Shown here: positions 61,168-64,000 of the stretch, piece after piece | Layout: every line of letters begins with the position of its first letter | Numbering within the stretch: position 1 is the stretch's first letter | Position numbers and translations under genes: made by a program | Assembly: GCA_019240655.1 (NCBI GenBank) | Contig: JAFAXX010000154.1 | Location: forward strand, 6,400 to 70,399 | Origin: Solirubrobacterales bacterium | GTDB lineage: Bacteria; Actinomycetota; Thermoleophilia; Solirubrobacterales; Solirubrobacteraceae | Direction: 5' to 3' | DNA length: 64,000 nt | Notes under the pieces: generated by a model | Seen by the model: only the letters and a program-made list of their open reading frames with translations | Databases searched by the model: none | What the model was told of the DNA's origin: nothing

Positions 61168-62228
61168 AGGGGCCGCGGGGCGGAGAGCTCGAGACCGGCG
61201 CCGGCGAGCGGTTCACTCGCGTCGGAGAGATACGGCTCTGCTACGAGAGCTTCGGCGAGCGCGGGGCGCCGCCGGTGGTGCTCGTCATGGGGCTCGGATC
61301 ACAGATGGTCTTGTGGGACGACGACTTCTGCCGGGGCCTCGCCGATCGCGGCTTCTTCGTCACCCGGTTCGACAACCGCGACGCCGGCCGCTCGACGATC
61401 CTTCGCCATCTGCCGGTTCCGACGCGCGCCCAGGTGATCCTTCGCGACCCGCGGGCGGCCGCGTACTCGCTCGTGGACATGGCCGCTGACGCGGCCGGAC
61501 TTATCGAGCGGCTGGAGCTGGGCGCCGTGCACCTCGTCGGCGCCTCAATGGGCGCGATGATCGCCCAGCTCGTCGCGATTCACCATCCCGAGCGCGTCCG
61601 GTCGCTGGTCTCGATCATGTCGACGACGGGCGGCCACCGCGTCGGGCGGGCGCAGCCGCGGATGTACGCCAGGCTCCTCCGCCGGCCCCGCCGCGGCCGC
61701 GAGGGCTACATCGAGGACTTCGTGGAGACTCACCGGGCGCTCGGCTCGCGGCGTTACCCGGGCGACGAGCGCCGCCTGCGCGCCCGCGCGGCGCGCTGCT
61801 TCGCGCGGGGCTATCACCCGGCCGGGACCGCTCGCCAGCTGCAGGCGGTCGTCACCGCGCCCGACCGTACGGCCGCGCTCGGCCGGCTGCGGATGCCGGT
61901 CACCGTCATTCATGGCGGCGCCGACCCGCTCGTGTCGCCGTCCGGGGGACACGCGACCGCCGCGGCGATCCCGGGGGCGCGACTGCTGATCCTCCCGGAT
62001 ATGGGCCACGACCTGCCCCCCGAGCTGTGGCCACAGATCCTCGACGCGATCGTCGAGAACGCCCACGCGGCGAACGGCGGCCCTAGGCTCGGGTCGCTTT
62101 CGCGGGCGGCGCGCCCGCCGGCGCCTCTCGGCCGGCGCGGGCGCGCCTCAGAGCTCCGCGGAGGCGATCTCGGCGCCGTCGGCGAGCGATCTCAGCTTGA
62201 GCCAGGCGACGCCCGGATCGACCAGTGA
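61164..62228 (+). CDS. Alpha/beta hydrolase
   Basis: GTGA overlap with the WS/DGAT stop. Contains VVLVMGLGSQ, the nucleophile elbow GASMGAM and LPDMGHDLP. The last ~55 aa look non-native and overlap the convergent gene. Confidence 0.8.
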   Translation: MKGPRGGELETGAGERFTRVGEIRLCYESFGERGAPPVVLVMGLGSQMVLWDDDFCRGLADRGFFVTRFDNRDAGRSTILRHLPVPTRAQVILRDPRAAAYSLVDMAADAAGLIERLELGAVHLVGASMGAMIAQLVAIHHPERVRSLVSIMSTTGGHRVGRAQPRMYARLLRRPRRGREGYIEDFVETHRALGSRRYPGDERRLRARAARCFARGYHPAGTARQLQAVVTAPDRTAALGRLRMPVTVIHGGADPLVSPSGGHATAAAIPGARLLILPDMGHDLPPELWPQILDAIVENAHAANGGPRLGSLSRAARPPAPLGRRGRASELRGGDLGAVGERSQLEPGDARIDQ

Positions 62229-63284
62229 GAAGCGGATGAACGTGTCGAAGCCGCAGTCGGTGCCCGCGAGGAGGCGGTCCTTGCCGATCAGCTTCCCGAG
62301 GCGCACGAGCCGATCGGCAACCACGCGTGGATGCTCGACGCAGTTGGACTTCACGTCGATCACCCCCAGGATCACCGACTTGTCCTCCGGCAGGCGGACG
62401 TCCTCGAACACCCGCCACTCGTGGGCGTGACGGGGATTGGCGCCCTCGACGTAGATCATGCCGGCGTTGACCTTGAGCACCTCGCCGATGATGTTCTCGA
62501 GCGGGATGTCCTTGTGGTGCGGGCCGCCGTAGTTGCCCCAGCAGACGTGAAAGCGAACCTGCTCGGGCGGGATGCCCTCGAGTGCGGTGTTGAGCGCCGC
62601 GACGGCCAGCGGGAGGTGCGAGTGCCAGTCGCCGACGCTGCTCCCGACCGAACGGCAGTGGGCGGCCATCGCCATGTCCGGTGAGTCGATCTGGAGCCTG
62701 AAGCCCGCGTCGGTGATCGCGCGGTATTCGTAGGCCAGCTCGCCGCTCAGGGCCTCAAGGTACGCCTCGTGCGAGCCGTAGTGGCGGTCGGGATAGTTGA
62801 AGGCGATCTGGCCGGGACTGATCGCGCCCATGAACGCGTTGGCGGGATCGGCGTCGCCGAGGGCCTTCTTGAGGCGCTCGATGTCGCGGTGCACGGCCTG
62901 CTTGTCGGTGAGCTCGACCGGTCCGACGCAGTTCGAGAAGACGATATGCGCCATCGACGGAGTGTTGAACAGGCGCATGGCCAGCTCCGGGAAATCGGCC
63001 ACGTCGTCGGCCTGGAACTCCGAGCGCCCTTCGAAGCCCGAGAAGCGCTCGTTGACGTAGGTGCTGAACCCGGTCTTGCTGAGCTCGCCGTCGCTGACCA
63101 CGTCGATCCCGGCCTCGCGCTGCCTGGCCACGACGTCGGCCACCGCGGAGTCGATTCGGGCCTCCAGCTGTGCCTCGTCCACCTCACGGCCCTCCATCCG
63201 GGCCCAGATCAAGTCGGCCACGTCGTCGGGGCGCGGCAGGCTGCCCGCGTGCGTGGTCACGATTCGTCCCTCGCCAGCTGCCAT
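62148..63284 (-). CDS. Cobalamin-independent methionine synthase-like (MetE C-terminal/Meth_synt_2 family) protein
   Basis: Contains THAGSLPRP, DVVSDGE, HVCWGNYGGPH, YVEGANPRHAHEW and GTDCGF. Confidence 0.85.
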   Translation of the reverse strand: MAAGEGRIVTTHAGSLPRPDDVADLIWARMEGREVDEAQLEARIDSAVADVVARQREAGIDVVSDGELSKTGFSTYVNERFSGFEGRSEFQADDVADFPELAMRLFNTPSMAHIVFSNCVGPVELTDKQAVHRDIERLKKALGDADPANAFMGAISPGQIAFNYPDRHYGSHEAYLEALSGELAYEYRAITDAGFRLQIDSPDMAMAAHCRSVGSSVGDWHSHLPLAVAALNTALEGIPPEQVRFHVCWGNYGGPHHKDIPLENIIGEVLKVNAGMIYVEGANPRHAHEWRVFEDVRLPEDKSVILGVIDVKSNCVEHPRVVADRLVRLGKLIGKDRLLAGTDCGFDTFIRFSLVDPGVAWLKLRSLADGAEIASAEL

Positions 63285-63349
63285 CTCTCTCCTCCTGCAT
63301 CGGGATCGCCGGGCTGTGTTGTACCGCAGGGGCGCGGTAGGGTGCGCGG

Positions 63350-64000
63350 ATGTTCGAGGGCTTCAGCGAACGACGGCTCGAGTGCGAGCGAGGCACGATC
63401 TTCGCCCGCGTGGGCGGGACGGGGCCGCCGCTGCTCCTGCTGCACGGCTATCCCGAGAACCACCTGATGTGGCATGCCGTCGCACCGGTCCTGGGCGAGC
63501 GCTTCACGGTCGTGGCCGCGGACCTGACGGGGTACGGCGGGTCGCTGCGACCGCAGCCCTCCGCCGACCACGCCGCTCACGGCAAGCGGGCGCTGGCGCT
63601 CGATCAGCTCCAGGCGATGGGCTCGCTCGGATACGAGCGCTTCGCGGTGGCCGGCCACGACCGCGGGGGGCGGGTGGCGTACCGCCTCGCGCTCGACCAC
63701 CCTGGACGGGTCAGCGCGCTGGCCGTGCTCGACATCGTCCCGACGGCGGACGTGTGGGCGCGGGCGGATGACCGCTTCCCCCTGATCTACTGGCACTGGG
63801 GCTTCCTCGCCCAGCCGGCGCCGCTGCCCGAGCGGTTGATCGCCGGCGACCCGGGGGCGTACTTCGAGCACATGCGCGCGCTCGGACTCGGCCGCGAGCC
63901 CGGCCGGTATCCCGAGGAGGTCCTGGCCGCCTACCGGGCCCAGCTCGAGGACCCGGCCACGGTGGAGGCCATGTGCGAGGACTACCGCGCCGGGGCGAGC
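63350..64000 (+). CDS. Alpha/beta hydrolase (haloacetate-dehalogenase/epoxide-hydrolase-like), runs off the 3' edge
   Basis: Read by hand from ATG 63350: MFEGFSERR...GGTGPPLLLLHGYPENHLMWHAVAP, AGHDRGGRVAYRLALDHP and YWHWGFLAQP. It is not in the ORF track because there is no stop in the window. Confidence 0.85.
   Translation, partial: MFEGFSERRLECERGTIFARVGGTGPPLLLLHGYPENHLMWHAVAPVLGERFTVVAADLTGYGGSLRPQPSADHAAHGKRALALDQLQAMGSLGYERFAVAGHDRGGRVAYRLALDHPGRVSALAVLDIVPTADVWARADDRFPLIYWHWGFLAQPAPLPERLIAGDPGAYFEHMRALGLGREPGRYPEEVLAAYRAQLEDPATVEAMCEDYRAGAS

Overview
This is a very GC-rich bacterial chromosome segment (about 70% by eye, not computed). The gene content looks actinobacterial, possibly a deep-branching Actinomycetota lineage, but that taxonomy is a guess. 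All calls come from reading the supplied ORF translations and the DNA by eye; no searches were run.

The window opens in the origin-proximal conserved block rpmH-rnpA-yidD-yidC-jag-[free-standing LAGLIDADG ORF]-rsmG-parA-parB-tRNA-Ile. It continues through a cupin, a GYD protein, a carboxylesterase, a Ser/Thr kinase, a PASTA lipoprotein, ribokinase, a primary-like sigma-70, pcaBDC, a BFN nuclease, ddl and aminotransferases. Next come an envelope-glycan cluster (DUF4126, AlkP-family enzyme, GtrA, GT-C) and ymdB.

An 8-kb co-directional respiratory-cofactor supercluster follows: hemB, a fused AhbA/AhbB-like siroheme decarboxylase, hemL, an orphan ORF, Bacillus-type qcrABC, menG and a polyprenyl synthase. 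After it come tatA/tatC, tRNA-Lys and a MASE1 two-component system.

The last ~25 kb looks more accessory: amidase, MDR reductase, GNAT, LuxR-type regulator, MFS, MmyB/XRE regulator, an ECF sigma / ZAS anti-sigma / ABC-2 module, peroxiredoxin, WYL regulator, DUF378, a secreted copper protein, YegP, a GH6-like protein, a class-III aminotransferase, DUF2237, WS/DGAT, hydrolases and a MetE-like protein. I saw no rRNA, CRISPR, transposase or prophage genes.

The most notable observations are:
- a secreted ORF (53742-55352) whose motifs line up with the PHM/DBH two-copper monooxygenase core, fused to an amicyanin-type blue-copper domain;
- a fused siroheme-decarboxylase homologue inside the hemB-hemL operon;
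- a LAGLIDADG homing-endonuclease-like ORF wedged into the jag-rsmG-parAB operon, next to a split parS-like inverted repeat;
- many short tandem duplications, some inside ddl and at the hemL start;
- several gene remnants.
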